NCBI GenBank assembly: GCA_002633005.1
Contig: NMRA01000647.1
Location: 164,761-228,760 of the forward strand
DNA: 64,000 nucleotides
Direction of reading: 5' to 3'
Source of the DNA: Phoronis australis
Taxonomy: Eukaryota > Animalia > Phoronida
Shown here: positions 39,311 to 52,800 of the stretch, in pieces
How positions within the stretch are numbered: the first letter of the stretch is position 1
Layout of the letters: each line of letters opens with the position of its first letter
Notes under the pieces: model-generated
What the model saw: only the letters and a program-made list of their open reading frames with translations
Databases searched by the model: none
What the model was told of the DNA's origin: nothing
Translations under genes and position numbers: made by a program

Positions 39311-40863
39311 ACTAATAAAACTTTATTTTGATGATTTCAACCAATCCTCATTTTGCCACCTGCTAACACTTGAATGATAGAGGCAGGATTCAACTAAAAT
39401 TCATACTCCCTGAGTCACAGAGCGGATATTATGGTTCTTGATGGCTGGACCGGACCTTCCCTACAGCTGGTTAGCTCGCCTAAAGCGTCTGGTCACGCTT
39501 GCCCGTTTAGTAGACTTTGTGTGGAATTTTCAAATATTACTCAAAACATTTGAGGTTTTTCGAAGGTTGTGGAGCATTATTTTGTTTTAGAGAACTACGT
39601 GGGAACGTCAGTTTAATATCTGTTGATAGACCAAAACCGAGTTTGGTCTCTTAGTATATGTTGCTTTTGTTACATGTATGTATCCCCTACATATTGAGAC
39701 CTGCTCACACCCACTAAAATAACGAACGCCCAAAATTTATAAAACTTACTTTAATCGGGGTTATTACAATTGAGTCCAAAATTAATTAAATTGTAATTTT
39801 TACATTTTGACACCAGTCAATGTGTCATGGATAAACGTACACTTTATTTTACTAATCATGGCGGTAGAGGGCAATGCAATCAAGGAACACGTAGAGATAC
39901 TCGTATGGCGCTGAGTGGGGCTACCTTTAGAACCAAAACATGAGCATTTTAGAACATGTAATTCTACAGTAGGACATCTCATTCTGTGCAACAAAACCTA
40001 AGGGAGGGTCGGCAAATCGGAGAAATCTTGGTCATAGTGAGAATGGGAAGGCTGCAGAGAGGTGAGAGGCGATACTGTCAGCAAAATTCTACGGAAGGGT
40101 GAATAGTTCAAATTCCACACGTTCACTAATTATTTTGCCCTCACCAAAACATGCCAAAACCTTTTCTCTGTGGAATGTTAAGATTTGTAACATCCTTGAC
40201 CGTCTAAATCCACTTTGATAAATGCGTGCATTACAATGGCTACTCTGATTGTCAGTAACTTGAAACAAAGAAAACGTCTTTAATTATTAAAGCAACAATC
40301 GGTCACAAATGAATTTTATCGACCGACTTCATTACATGTTGTTTCCGTTCATCTTTAATTCATGCTTGTCAACAATGCCACGTGTATGCTTGCGCGAAGT
40401 TGGTATACTAGTTTGCTCGTAGTCATGACGACAACTTATCAATTACAGCAGGTAGGAATGGAAATCGATTGCGAATGTAAGCAATCCACTCGTAGGTCAC
40501 GTGGCACGGCTAAAAATTCTTGACACTGAAAAACTATTGTAGATGTGGAAACCACGCCTGGCGGGTGAAGATATGTAGCAGATTTTTCGGACTTTGTCTC
40601 AGGTGGTTTCAGTACTAGTGGGAATCAGCTTAGGTATTCGTACCAAGAAACTGGATACTTCTTATGAATAATATACACATGTCGTTATGTTAGCAAAGTA
40701 TTACGCGAGCGTTTCGTCGAATTGTTTCTAGCTATGACGATGTCGCCATATTGAATGAACCTCACTGTCGCTTGTATGCTTGCTCATACGACTAACTTAG
40801 CAGTTTCGCTTCTTTTAGTTTAGTAGAAAAATTTATATGCCTTTTGAGAAACTTTTGCACAAG

Positions 40864-43800
40864 ATGGGGCTTTGCGGTTCGAAGACTGGCAATCCCAAAA
40901 ATGCGACGTTCCATCTGCAAACGTGCCACGACCATGTGGGCGGAATAAATTGTATGGGTCTGAGTGAAGATGGGTCGGTGTTGGCAACAGGAAGTGAGGA
41001 TTCCACGGTGCGTCTGTGGAGCACGAAAACCGAAGAGTGCGAGTGTATTGGTATTCTAAAGGGGCACGAAGAATACATCACATATGTACTGATTGAGGAG
41101 AACTTCGTTGTTACAGCCAGTGCTGACAAAACAATTCGCAAATGGGACATCAGCACGTGCGAATGTGTCGCCAAGTTCATCGGACATCTGTCGTTGGTAA
41201 ATCGCGTCATCTGCACTGGGGATTTTATTTTCAGCAGTAGCTACGACAGGACGGCGAGATGTTGGGACTTTGACTCCGAGGAATGCATTCGAGTTTTCAG
41301 TGGACACAAGAGAGGTGTTTATCCCCTTGTCTTCATCCCAGCCGACGGCGAGGACATTACGCCGGAGTCGTTCGACTGGGAGGGCAACAAAGATTTACTC
41401 ATTACCGGTTCAGCGGACTTTACTGCGCGATCTTGGTCATTCGAAACTGGTAAGACACTGCGCGTGTTCCGTGGGCACAAGGGGGCGATTACAACGATGG
41501 GCACAGACCCCACTGGCAAGACCCTGTACACGGGCTCGGCTGACTTTACAGTCATGAGTTGGAATATCATGAAGGGAGAAAAACTGAAAGTGTTTGATGG
41601 CCACGGTTCGGCTGTAATTTGCATGCAGGTAGGTCGTTGCGGTGTAGGGAAATCTGGTACGGGGTGGATGTTATGAGGTGACAAAGTCACAATAAGATTA
41701 TGAGGGTATGTATTTATAACTCTGCGTGTTTAGTCAACTGTACCAATGACGTCATGAAATCTTATTTGATACAAATGTTCAAGATGAGACCTCCGAGCGC
41801 TGTCACAGTTTCCGGCGTTTTATGCAATTTTTTCGTGAAACTCATAAAAGTCCTATACTTTAACGGTCTCTCCTGTAAATATGGATCAATTCAAGACAAT
41901 TCCTAACATCTAGAGAACAGTACATCAAACACATTTGAAAGTTTCATACGTCTCCAATCAGCAGCTTCCGAGACATACACTGACGTAGTGCCTCAAAAAG
42001 AATTTTATAAATATATTTTGAGAGATTTAATAGCCTTTACTTGTTGCTAAGGAGCAAGCCAAAAATTAAAGAATGTATCTATTTTTCTGTTATGGGTGTT
42101 GTACGTAATGGGTGGAAGACCGTCTCCGCCGTTGTTGTTTTAATCAGTGCGATACTGAGGAGTTGTGAGGAAAGACCGCGGAGAGCCTCCTTTTTCAGAC
42201 ATGAAAAGGACGTGCGCTTGTGGAGGCTGTAGTAAAAGCAAACTGACTGAGAACGTTTCTGTGTTCAAATTTCTTAATCAAGGAAAAGTTTCACAGAAAT
42301 GGCATCGGTTTGTGCGCTGCACGAGAGTGTAGAATGTTAGAGTGGAACATACGTTTCAGTCGGGAGTCACAATTTGTTCGCCGGCTCGATTCAAGGAATC
42401 GTGTTTCGATCAAACACAAAACGGTGTTACGACGAAGGATTCGCCACGTATTTTGTAAGTGTATTTGCAAATTTTAGAAATAACGAAAAAACTTCTCCTA
42501 TTCTAGGGCGAGTGATGCCAGGTCCTCGACCCCGTCCCAGATCGAGTGCTATGACACGTAGGCTTATTCAATGTGTTTAGACCGTGCTCATTCCATCATG
42601 GCAGTGGTGAATACGAATGACCTAGGTTTACTGTGGCCTTTGTCAGTGATTCTTTAGTGTCCATTTTGTGAATATTGACCACCCCTTGGTTCATTTGGTT
42701 TTTAATTCACGTATGTATGAAGCATTTCTAATGCAAGTGGGTCGAGTTCATTACGGCCTCAAAGTCGATGAAAGTTCGCTAAGTGGGAAATCGAATTCAT
42801 TTTCGGATTCTTCCGTGGTGCCCGTGTCCTCTATCCTCCCTGTCTGCATGAGAATTGTCCAGTTCTCACTCAAAATCATCCTCGTCTCCTGACCTGCTGT
42901 GTTCCGCCATTGCAATTGATTGTCAAGTAACCAAACGTCTTCCATCCATTACGTCATTTGGTGGGAAACTTGGAAATAACTAGTATTTCTTCAAAATTAA
43001 AAATATCGCAACTACATTGGCATGAAAATGGCTTGTTTACTTAGACTTTATGGTATTCATTTCATATTAGCTAACTGAAAAGTCAAAAACTATGAAAATG
43101 CATGGTGGGAACTCATTAACGAATGGGAAAAGGCATCCTCAGGTTCATCTCTCTGTCTATGCTTCTCCTTTCTCCGCGACCGAACTGTTTGTGATCTGGA
43201 GTTCTGTAGAAACAGGAAACCAAAGAAGAATGTTAACTGTTAGAGAACTAAGTGTTGAATAAGTTTTAGGGGCACTCCCGATTGTAGGATGCAAACATAA
43301 TAAGAACTTTAATGTGCAGTTACATAGCAAAGAAGTTATAAATTTCAAAAGGTCTTCACGAAAACGACCTTTTCTTACTATTTGGGTAAGAACAACGAAT
43401 GGGAATACACTTTTGAATTATTAGACTCCATGGCAACCATCTCCCGATGCTCTTACAAAATGGTTATGCGTGCAGTTAGACATCCAGGCCTGAGCAGGGA
43501 GCGCAATCAATCTTTTTTCTCCCAGAAACATCCGCAAACGCTAAAGAAAGCAATCTTCATCTGACAACTATGACGTTACTTTTTGCCATGACACTAATCA
43601 AATATTTATTCTTGTCTGGTAAAACAACTTATGTTTGCGATGTGCTACGGCGCGTGTTGGCCTATGCGTTCAAATTGGTTCAATATGCAGCACATCTACA
43701 ATAGAAATAGGATGTCTACATCTTTTGAGATGAGCGTTTTTACGAAAAAATGACAAATCGCTTTGCATATGAGATTTCTTTTCTCTTTAATTTCAGAGAT

Positions 43801-46800
43801 TTCATAGCTTTCAAACTTTTTTAAATGGTTCAATTCTGACTGTTCAGTATCATCACGTTTGTAGTCACCATAGCGTTAAATGAGTCTGTTCAGATTGGAA
43901 TAGTAAATTCCTCGTAGTTAAAAGTAGGCACGTAACAACATGAGTTCGCCTGAATTTTCCATGTCACCACGTACGCTCATTGGGCAACTTATTTAGGAAT
44001 TTACACGGGCATAAGTTCAACCAGTGTTTTTCCTAAAACAAATTCACTTGATTATCGATACAGCTCCATTATGATAGTGGGAGCACCTGGAGAACACATC
44101 GATAACCAATAACTTCTAAATAAGCTGCATAATAACTGGGACATAAAACAAAGGCGATATCGATATGAGGTTACTTAAGTCGTTACAAAATAGAATCAGG
44201 CACTGTTGAGGTTGTTCTGTGTCTTTGTACGGCTTCAATTGTCAATAATTCATAGGAAAGACAATGCACGACCGAGATGTCTTCAACATATGTGTATACA
44301 TGTACCAGATCCATAAGGCGACAACGTGCTAAATCACGATCGGCGAGAAAAATGATTTTTGTAGATCACGATATATTCGAACTATTCAGTTCCTCAGCGG
44401 TCACAGTCCCGCAGTTTGATTGCGAAGTTTAACCTGAAAATCATAGCATTTTAAGTGTATTTAAAACTGCATTTCGCTCTGTTTAGCAGACTCTAAAACG
44501 AAAATCGAATTTGACCCTTTACTTTCGCAACTTCGTGAGATGATTCTATGGTTCTATTTTCGGCACCAACGAGAACATCGAAACCATCAGCGACTGAAAA
44601 AAGGCTTCAGAGTTTATTATGGCAATCTTAAAAATTGCGAATTCAGAAATGACTTTTACCGGGTAGTGACTTGAGTTGATAACGGAAATGGGACCTATTG
44701 TATAAGAGTAGAAGGCTTAATTCGATTTCTGTTTTTAGCCAGCTAAAGAGGGCGGATATGAAGTCACCGGTCTTGATTTCAGCGAATGACAATCAATAGA
44801 TTTCAATGCCGTCAAATGACCACGAGGTAGGCGTACACATGAAGTGTATTTGCATGGTAAAAGTACCTGATGTATGTGAAAGTTCCCAAGTAATTTAACA
44901 CTTAACTTCGTCACCATTTTTTCAAAAATCTGAATAGGCCAGAAAAATACATGACTGTGTGTTTCTCGTCTGCGCCGGATGCATATTAATTGAAAACAGA
45001 GAAAGCGTACCCCTGCTCCATTTTGTTCATTCTTGTTTTTTTCAAACCTCACTCGAAAACGTGCATTGTCGTGGCTTAACAACTCAGGCACGCTGTATAG
45101 CCAGTGACGTATGGAGGTTTTCTTTAGTGAGGGGACCAAGAAAATGTGAACTCTCCGCCCTGGTCGTTAACAGTATCGAGTCAGGGCTTCTGATTTTAAA
45201 TGCTGCTGATGTCAGCTGAACACTTGTTTGTGAGATAGTAAACAAACAGAACAAAACCTCGTCAGTTTTGACATTCACGGACCAGAACCAAGTATGCGTT
45301 TTGGCCTTAAAGATATACCTGATTTTAGAAATTCAAAGCATTGTAGTATGTGACGTTGCATACGTGAAAGGCTGACATCTGTAGTCTATCCCAACTGTGG
45401 ACAGGCAGAGTTACACAAGTAGACCTATGACGTCAGATCTGAACATCCAACTGTATGAGGCAAACCCCTTTGAGCTAGGGGTGTTTTAGATAGTCCGGCT
45501 TTTATGTAACCAACTGACGATGATGAATATATCAGCAAGGATCGACATTTGTTAACCGAATACATGTTTGTTTTATGTTCCCAATTCTGGAATTAACTTA
45601 TTTAAGGCAGTAGCGTTTTTAAAGTTGCATATATTTCAAGCTATATCTCGCTTTTTAGCATGCTAAAGCTGAAAATCGAATTATTATGGCGAATAGGGCC
45701 AATGTGAATCAGTTAAGGCCACGTTTAGTACGCGATTTCATTATAATGCTTGTTACATTTTTTCCATGATCAACGTCACAAGAATGTACGTGATCTATTC
45801 GCAAACCTTGACCTTGGCAAGTTTAGTGCCTGTGCAGACTGGTCGACATAGGTTAGGCCTAAATAGTCATTTCTTTACATTTTCATTTTACTAGAGAGTT
45901 GAAAATTTTATTTTATTGGTCAAATACCATGATTCCAAAGTGAATTGAGCTCTATTTTTACAACAAAAGAAGAGACCTAATTTTTAGAACATGAGATACA
46001 ACTAATAACAATAACAACAGTAGTGATATTAGAATAAGTAATGTCTATCGTGCTTATCTTGTCTCTGTTGTAACTACATTGTACTTTTCCATAAATAGTA
46101 ATGCACATATTAACAGATATAATCAAACGTATAATGCTTAGCTTTGCTGTGCGGCTACAACTTTGCCGTATAATGGATTCAGATCAATGAGGATGTACGC
46201 TGCAAAAACTTCTTTATTGTATTTTTGATTTCAGCACGTTCTGATTTAAATACTACATACGCACACAGACAAGTGAATAAGCACAACCGCAGGAAATGCC
46301 TTTTAAGAGTTCTCGTCGGAGCATGCATAAATCCAACAACGAGAATACACCTGATTTTAGATAATTACAACCGTAATCAAAATGAATGTGAATTTATGCT
46401 TAATTACGAATTGGGTTAGTTAAATGTCTGGCTTAAGTAATGTGTGTGAACCATGGTAAGTTAGCGATCACTTTTCTCAGAACTGTTTTGTAGGTAAATA
46501 ATCCCCAGGGGTATTTAACTTACTTTTAAGAGAACAATGCGTCACACGATTATATGTAGGTCTGTGTACCTGTATAGTCTAGACAGAAGTTACAGACTCC
46601 GTTGTCTTCATGGTATCCAGTATTTCACACATCTCCCTTTCGTCACCACTGAAACGTGACGTGGAGGCAGTTTTTTTGGCAAAAATGAGCATTTAGTGGA
46701 ATTTCAGATCGAAAGGTGGCATTGCTAAAGATGCTCTTCCCGGCTATTTATTTTTCATTTGAAATTTCGTAAGCTAAGTTTAATAGAAACAAATTCAGTG

Positions 46801-49800
46801 AAATTTTTTTCTTGTCAAATTATTTTTTTTTCAAACAGACAACAAACATTTTCAAATTACGCTAAACTTCTTTCAAATTTTATAATCTCTGGTAGTACTT
46901 AGTGAACTTCAGTTTATATGAACTTAGAAAATATGTAGTGAAAAACACAATTGACAAAAACTCGGGTAAAGTGACAAGATTTTAAGGGAGTCTCGAGCGA
47001 GTTTTGAACAGGTGAAATCATACACGCTGGCATGAGACAATCCCCGTGTGCAAAACGCACAAATTCAATCATCAAACTGTATGTGGGATGTATTACTGGA
47101 GTAAAAATGACATTGTGTAGCTTCATTGATTTTTGAACGTGCATGACGAACATGCACAGAATAAATATTGGAAAACTAAACACTGAACCGAGGCACTGTA
47201 ATTTTTAGCTTGAAGCGAACACCCCGCTGGTTGACTACCACATAATTACTCAAATCAAATCAAGAGTGAACTTTAGAATTCTTTGAGCACATTTTCATAA
47301 TTCTAGTCACGTCCAAAGTCATCGACCTGCAATGGAATTGTGTGAGAGCTACACTCATTGTGACTGAGTAGAAAACACTGGGTTAATTTCCATCCATAAT
47401 ATTTTGAATAGAAATTGAGTAACATTTTGCGATCGATCACCGGCGCTACAATGTTTACTTTTATTTCGTTGCTGCTGCCATGGAACTGATGGATATCGAG
47501 GCTCCATCAATATGCCCTCATTAGCCGTAGTCACCACACAATACCGTTCGTTGTGGTGACAAAATCTTCGAATTAAGAGTCGGGTGACTACAAACACGGA
47601 ACATGCTAAAATATTTATTATGAAAATGCCAGAGTAACTTAAGTAATCCCTAAAGGCGACTGGAGACCCACAAACATGAATGTTTAGTGCTTGAGTATAA
47701 CAATACGTACATGTACAAGTACACTGTGCATGCACTTTATCACACTGCACTTAGATTGAACCCACTGCCTCACATCTTTTTATGTATCGATAATGAACAT
47801 AAAATATGGAAACTGCGTGTTAACTTCCAAATCAAAACATTACAATATCACCTATTTGTAAAAACGTTCCATTAAGCTTTGTGACACTGCTGTGCACTAT
47901 AAAATTGCGAAAAGCTGTTATTGGTTTCTGACACCAGACCTTTTCCACTCTTCTTATGAGAAACGGTTTTGAATGACTCGTTGCGATTAATTGCTTGTTT
48001 CCTTGTAGTTATCGTCTGGTCCCCTCTCACTAAGGCTGTGCAGGACCTTATCAAAAAGAGAGAATTTGACTCTATAAAAGGATGCATTTTCTGAAAGTAT
48101 AAAGTCTTTAGAATTTGATTTTTGTTTTTATTCACCACTTGTACAATTTGGTGGCGCTGCAAAAATTATTGTTGTGCATTGTTGTTTGGTACACAATGCT
48201 TCGTTTTAGAATCAATTTTAATTACGCAAACGTGAAAGCGAGCGTTTTCCAAACATGCAGAACCAATGTACTTTATACATAAAGCCTCGTTTTCGAGCAT
48301 AATGGGGGGAATTCGTGCGAGTAGTAGATACCAATGTTCCATCAATTGGCTCACGTGATCAGTGGAGCATTTTGAAACAGTTCGTAACGGCAGTTGGAGA
48401 ACAGCGCATGAGTGAAACATATAGTATCTAAAAGTTTCATAGAACTCCGATTCGCTACTTATGAGAGCGTGATATTCCAAAGTTAGCCGGGTTTGGACAT
48501 TTTCTACGGTAGGGTCTACTACATAACCTTGATTGAAGGAAACGCCTCGGCAATCAATTGATTTTCTACACATTCTGCCCGCATCCTTGCGTGAGTCGTT
48601 TGAACTTTGGCACACGTCCCCCGTTTTCACACTCACATGAAGTGTCTATACACGGTACCAATTTTCAAGCAAATGTGCAGAGACGATTGTGAATTATCAA
48701 TAGTTCAGTGTAGCTCTCTACTTCCGTACATATCGATTTCCATCTGCAGTAGAAAGAGAATTGACGTCAGTATAGCGCTGAATATTATTTTATTAATTTG
48801 CATGGGAAGTTGTCGACATAATGCATAATTTATACTAATTGAAAGTACCCAGAATTAGTACATCCCCTTTCTTTTCTTTAGTCATGATCTTTACATTTAC
48901 ATTGTAAGGACATATTACCCATCATTCCGGATGTTTACAGTACGAGCCTAGCGCTGAGCACCGGATGTACATCGTAAAGGTTTCGACCCTATGCATTGAA
49001 TGATGTAACAAACCTGCGCCTAATCTGAAAGAAACAAGTTTTGATTTAGTCCACTTGTTATAAAATCGGTCTTATTTTTTCCTTACTCACACGAGAAACA
49101 TTTTTATGCCTGAGAAGGACTGACTAGTCGTCATGATTGCTTCAGATCAAGTTCATTAAGAGTTGATTTTCACGGTGAGTTAGTTTCAGTCGCAAATCCA
49201 GTATGGCCGTCAGAGAAATTCCGCGAATTTTCTTTGGAAAAACAAATACGCCTGTGAAGAATATTGACGTTTACAACAACGCAACAGGGTTTAGCTCCTT
49301 TAAAAGAAAACACAAACTGTACAATAACTGGCTTTGTGTTTTATTAGAAAATAACTAGGCGAATAATTAATACAACCTAGACATCAGATCTAAACTGGAG
49401 TAAGGTCCGAGCATCTTACTTCGTAATGCCTGCGTGGCGGTCATATTTCAAAATCTTCAGTCAATCTTTGTGATTTTCCATTAAATTTGTTAATGCAGAA
49501 TGATAACACAAGTTTAGATGTCACTTTGAAAAAATTCAGTACCAACGGTTAATGTGATATGACACTTTTGTCTGTAGCCTCAAATACATTGAAAAGTTAA
49601 TTGCCAAACTCTGAGTGTAATAGCAAAATCGTGTATAATAAGAGACTGAGATTTTAATTGAGAATAGTCCTAACCCTCTACGATTTTCCTGAATGTTATG
49701 ACGGACCCCAGCGATTGATTACACTGGTATTTTGCAACCGCCCCGCCACTCCAGCGACAAAATTGAAATTTCATTGTGTATTGGAGGTTTCAGGTGAAAC

Positions 49801-52800
49801 TGTTAGGTTACGAACGGTTTTGATTGTGACCTCAGAGAGAAAAAATTGTGTACTAGCTATCAGAAAAGCACCCCTTTCTACTTCAGAGTAACAATTCACA
49901 ACATTTTTTATCTTATAGTACTTTGACATCCCCATAGAACGAGTCTTTGACTGAGCGGGCCGACATTTTGAAATATTTTTCAACAAATAAATTAATTAGA
50001 AAACTTATAATCAACTTCTTTGCTGCAGGTCGTAAATAAGATCATCTATACCGGAAGTTCGGACCATACTGCCAGAAGTTGGGTGGCAGAGTTCGGCGAC
50101 TGCACAAGAACGTACAAGAGTCATCGACACAGTGTGGCGTGTCTTAAATATTACAATGGTCTAGGTACGTCTCCTTTTTACCTTATATAAACCTACAACT
50201 GCGTTCCCGCATGCTTTTGTACCTCGCAAAAGAGATAAAGACGTTGATATCAAAAATAGTTGGTGGGTAAATTTTCGGCGGCGAAACCAATCCACTAGTT
50301 AAGGGATTGTAATAGAAAGAACCACCAATGTATACTGAGTGAGTCCAGGTGTAGAAAGGGCTACTTGTACCCCCATATAGTTACATGCAGTATACTGCTA
50401 GCGGTGGTCGTGTGTCCCGTGCCACCTTACAGTGTTACCACGCACGTGGTGGAATCCAACGTCTACCAGGGACCCTTATCACACACCACAAAAACTCTTA
50501 CCACGCACAAATGCATTACCAACGAACCGAGTTCCAACCGCACGTTGCAAGGTACTATTACAGTTTCTTTGCACGTCACGCGTTAAACATTATATGTGGT
50601 AGGATTGTCTGCGTGTGACTGGAGTTCCGGTTCCGAGGCAATGGTTTTTGTGCGTGTACGTTTTTGCGGTGTGGGAAAGGGTAGTTTCCACATCCTGATC
50701 CATCGCACTTGTGAAATGATTTTATCTACATGTATAAAACTATTTCATTTATATGAATATGCATCAGGTGTGCCAAAAAGTGTCGTGTGTTCAATCAGTT
50801 CTGTATATCCGAAAACTTACTCCTCGGCGAAGTACCGCCAAAAGCAAGAAGCTGAAAGTATTGGATAAAATTAGTGAAACCTCATACAAGCAGCTAAAGT
50901 ACACACTGTCGCGTTCAGCACTGGTAACTGTATGAAACACCACTCGAACCCTTGGGTGTGGGGATTCACAAGTGATTTCAAGAACATTTTATCATGACGG
51001 CGACATCCCGTTGCTCCCAATTTGTTCGATTGTACAGCCCAATAACAAGTTGGGAACTTTACCCCCGAAGCCAATTAACTCCATTCTGGCGTTGATGGTT
51101 GGAGGGCCTGCGCTCTTTTGTTTGATAATTGCTCTAATCTCCGATCAGATCGTATAGTAGTGTGACTGGAGTGGGCCGATAAAAATGAAAGTTAAGTTAA
51201 GCCAGGTATTATCGCACGTTCAGCACCCCTAACGTCTGGAAAAGTTACTGAACGACAGGACGCTGTATTGTTTACAATTAAAGACTTCAAAACTTGTCAC
51301 AACGTCATGCCAACTCTTCGAAGTTGTTTGGTACACCCGATGGGCCTGTACATTTACCTGCCCAGTGAATAGATACATGTAGCTCTCTCCCTCTCTCATG
51401 TAGTTCAAGGAATTGTGGGAACGCAGTTCTAAAACCTGATTTTAGGTGGGCTTTGAAATATATCCTCCTACAAAAATTCCCAAACAAAGGACCTTAACTT
51501 TGTTCGCCATATTGCATTTACAAAGTTGTGTTCTTGCAGTTATCACAGGCAGCGGAGACTGTCTGGTCAGAGCGTTTGATGCAAAATCCGGGTCTGTACA
51601 GAGGACTTTCAAAGGACACGACAGCGGCGTTAATTGCTTGCAGGTTAAACATTGTACTTAGATGTGCCGTGACTTTTAGCTGACCTGTGCTGTCCTCTGC
51701 CGGCTGTCGTCATTCTTTTGCTCTTTGCTGTTTCCTGCATGGCTCCTTAACAGAAGCCCATGCTTCCATTAGCACCCAGATAATGGAAACAATATGATAT
51801 ACATGCACTGGTGACGTTTAAAACCACTATCGCTCGTCACAAATATTGAAGTCTCTCCCTCCCCTGCTTCTTTTGAAATTAAATTAGTCAAAAGGGGACG
51901 AAGATAAACACGTCTATCAAAACTAAAATCTGCCGATTTTCGCCCTTATCACAAACAGTAAAGATTGCAAAAAAATGTCGACAATGCAATTTGCATGACA
52001 GTTTGAGCTTCTGTGTGTTATTCATCTTTCATTCTGAACGCTAGCAATTTGACGACATTATTTTCCTTATTTCTTTTAATTTCGTTTGTAATCAGTCTTC
52101 ACTGGCTCTGGAGACGCCACCTGCAGGTGCTTTGATGCAAAGAGTGGCTCCCTCAAACGGATTTTCAAAGGCCACGAACTTGCCGTCAACGCCGTCCAGG
52201 TATACTACGCCTGCTGCTTTACCTGTTTTTACGCCGTCATTAGATACTTTTTAAGTGTTTCTGATTGTGTATGAGTTCTAGCTGTTCTACTTGTCATTGT
52301 TACGCAAATTCAATTTTAATACCGTCTACTAAAAAGGTTTTTAAAATTAAACGTATATTCTGAGTTTCTAAAGCTCTTTAATCCACCTCCTTCTCAGGTT
52401 TTATACCCCGTTCACACTATGCCAAAAAACTCATTGGTTCGTTCAGACCTCAGTATTGATGAAAACGCGACACCGCTTGTTTAACCTTAGAAGTACTACT
52501 CGAGGGAGTGCAGTTGTTTGACCAATTTGTTTCAGATGCAACTCGTAGTCTAAACGCACCTGCAGAACAGGAACAAAACGAGGCAATCCTGGTTTTCAAT
52601 CTGAAGACAAATGCTAAATCCTCTGACAATAATCGCTGTAGTTACTCTCCTGGAAATTAAGTTAAAAATAATAAATACTAGTAATTCATCTCCAATACCG
52701 AAGATAATTAAGAGAAAGACAAACCTGTTATCGTGTTATTTAGTGAAGGAAGCTTACATCTCTATCACAATTTTGTGGCAGTTCATTTACGAAAGTACAT

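Noticed and set aside
40833-41690. Antisense and shifted ORFs overlapping WDR86 exon 1
   Set aside because: Shadow ORFs of a real coding exon with no independent evidence.
48166-48636. 156-aa antisense ORF in WDR86 intron 1
   Set aside because: No recognisable motif, no ATG start and no clear splice structure.
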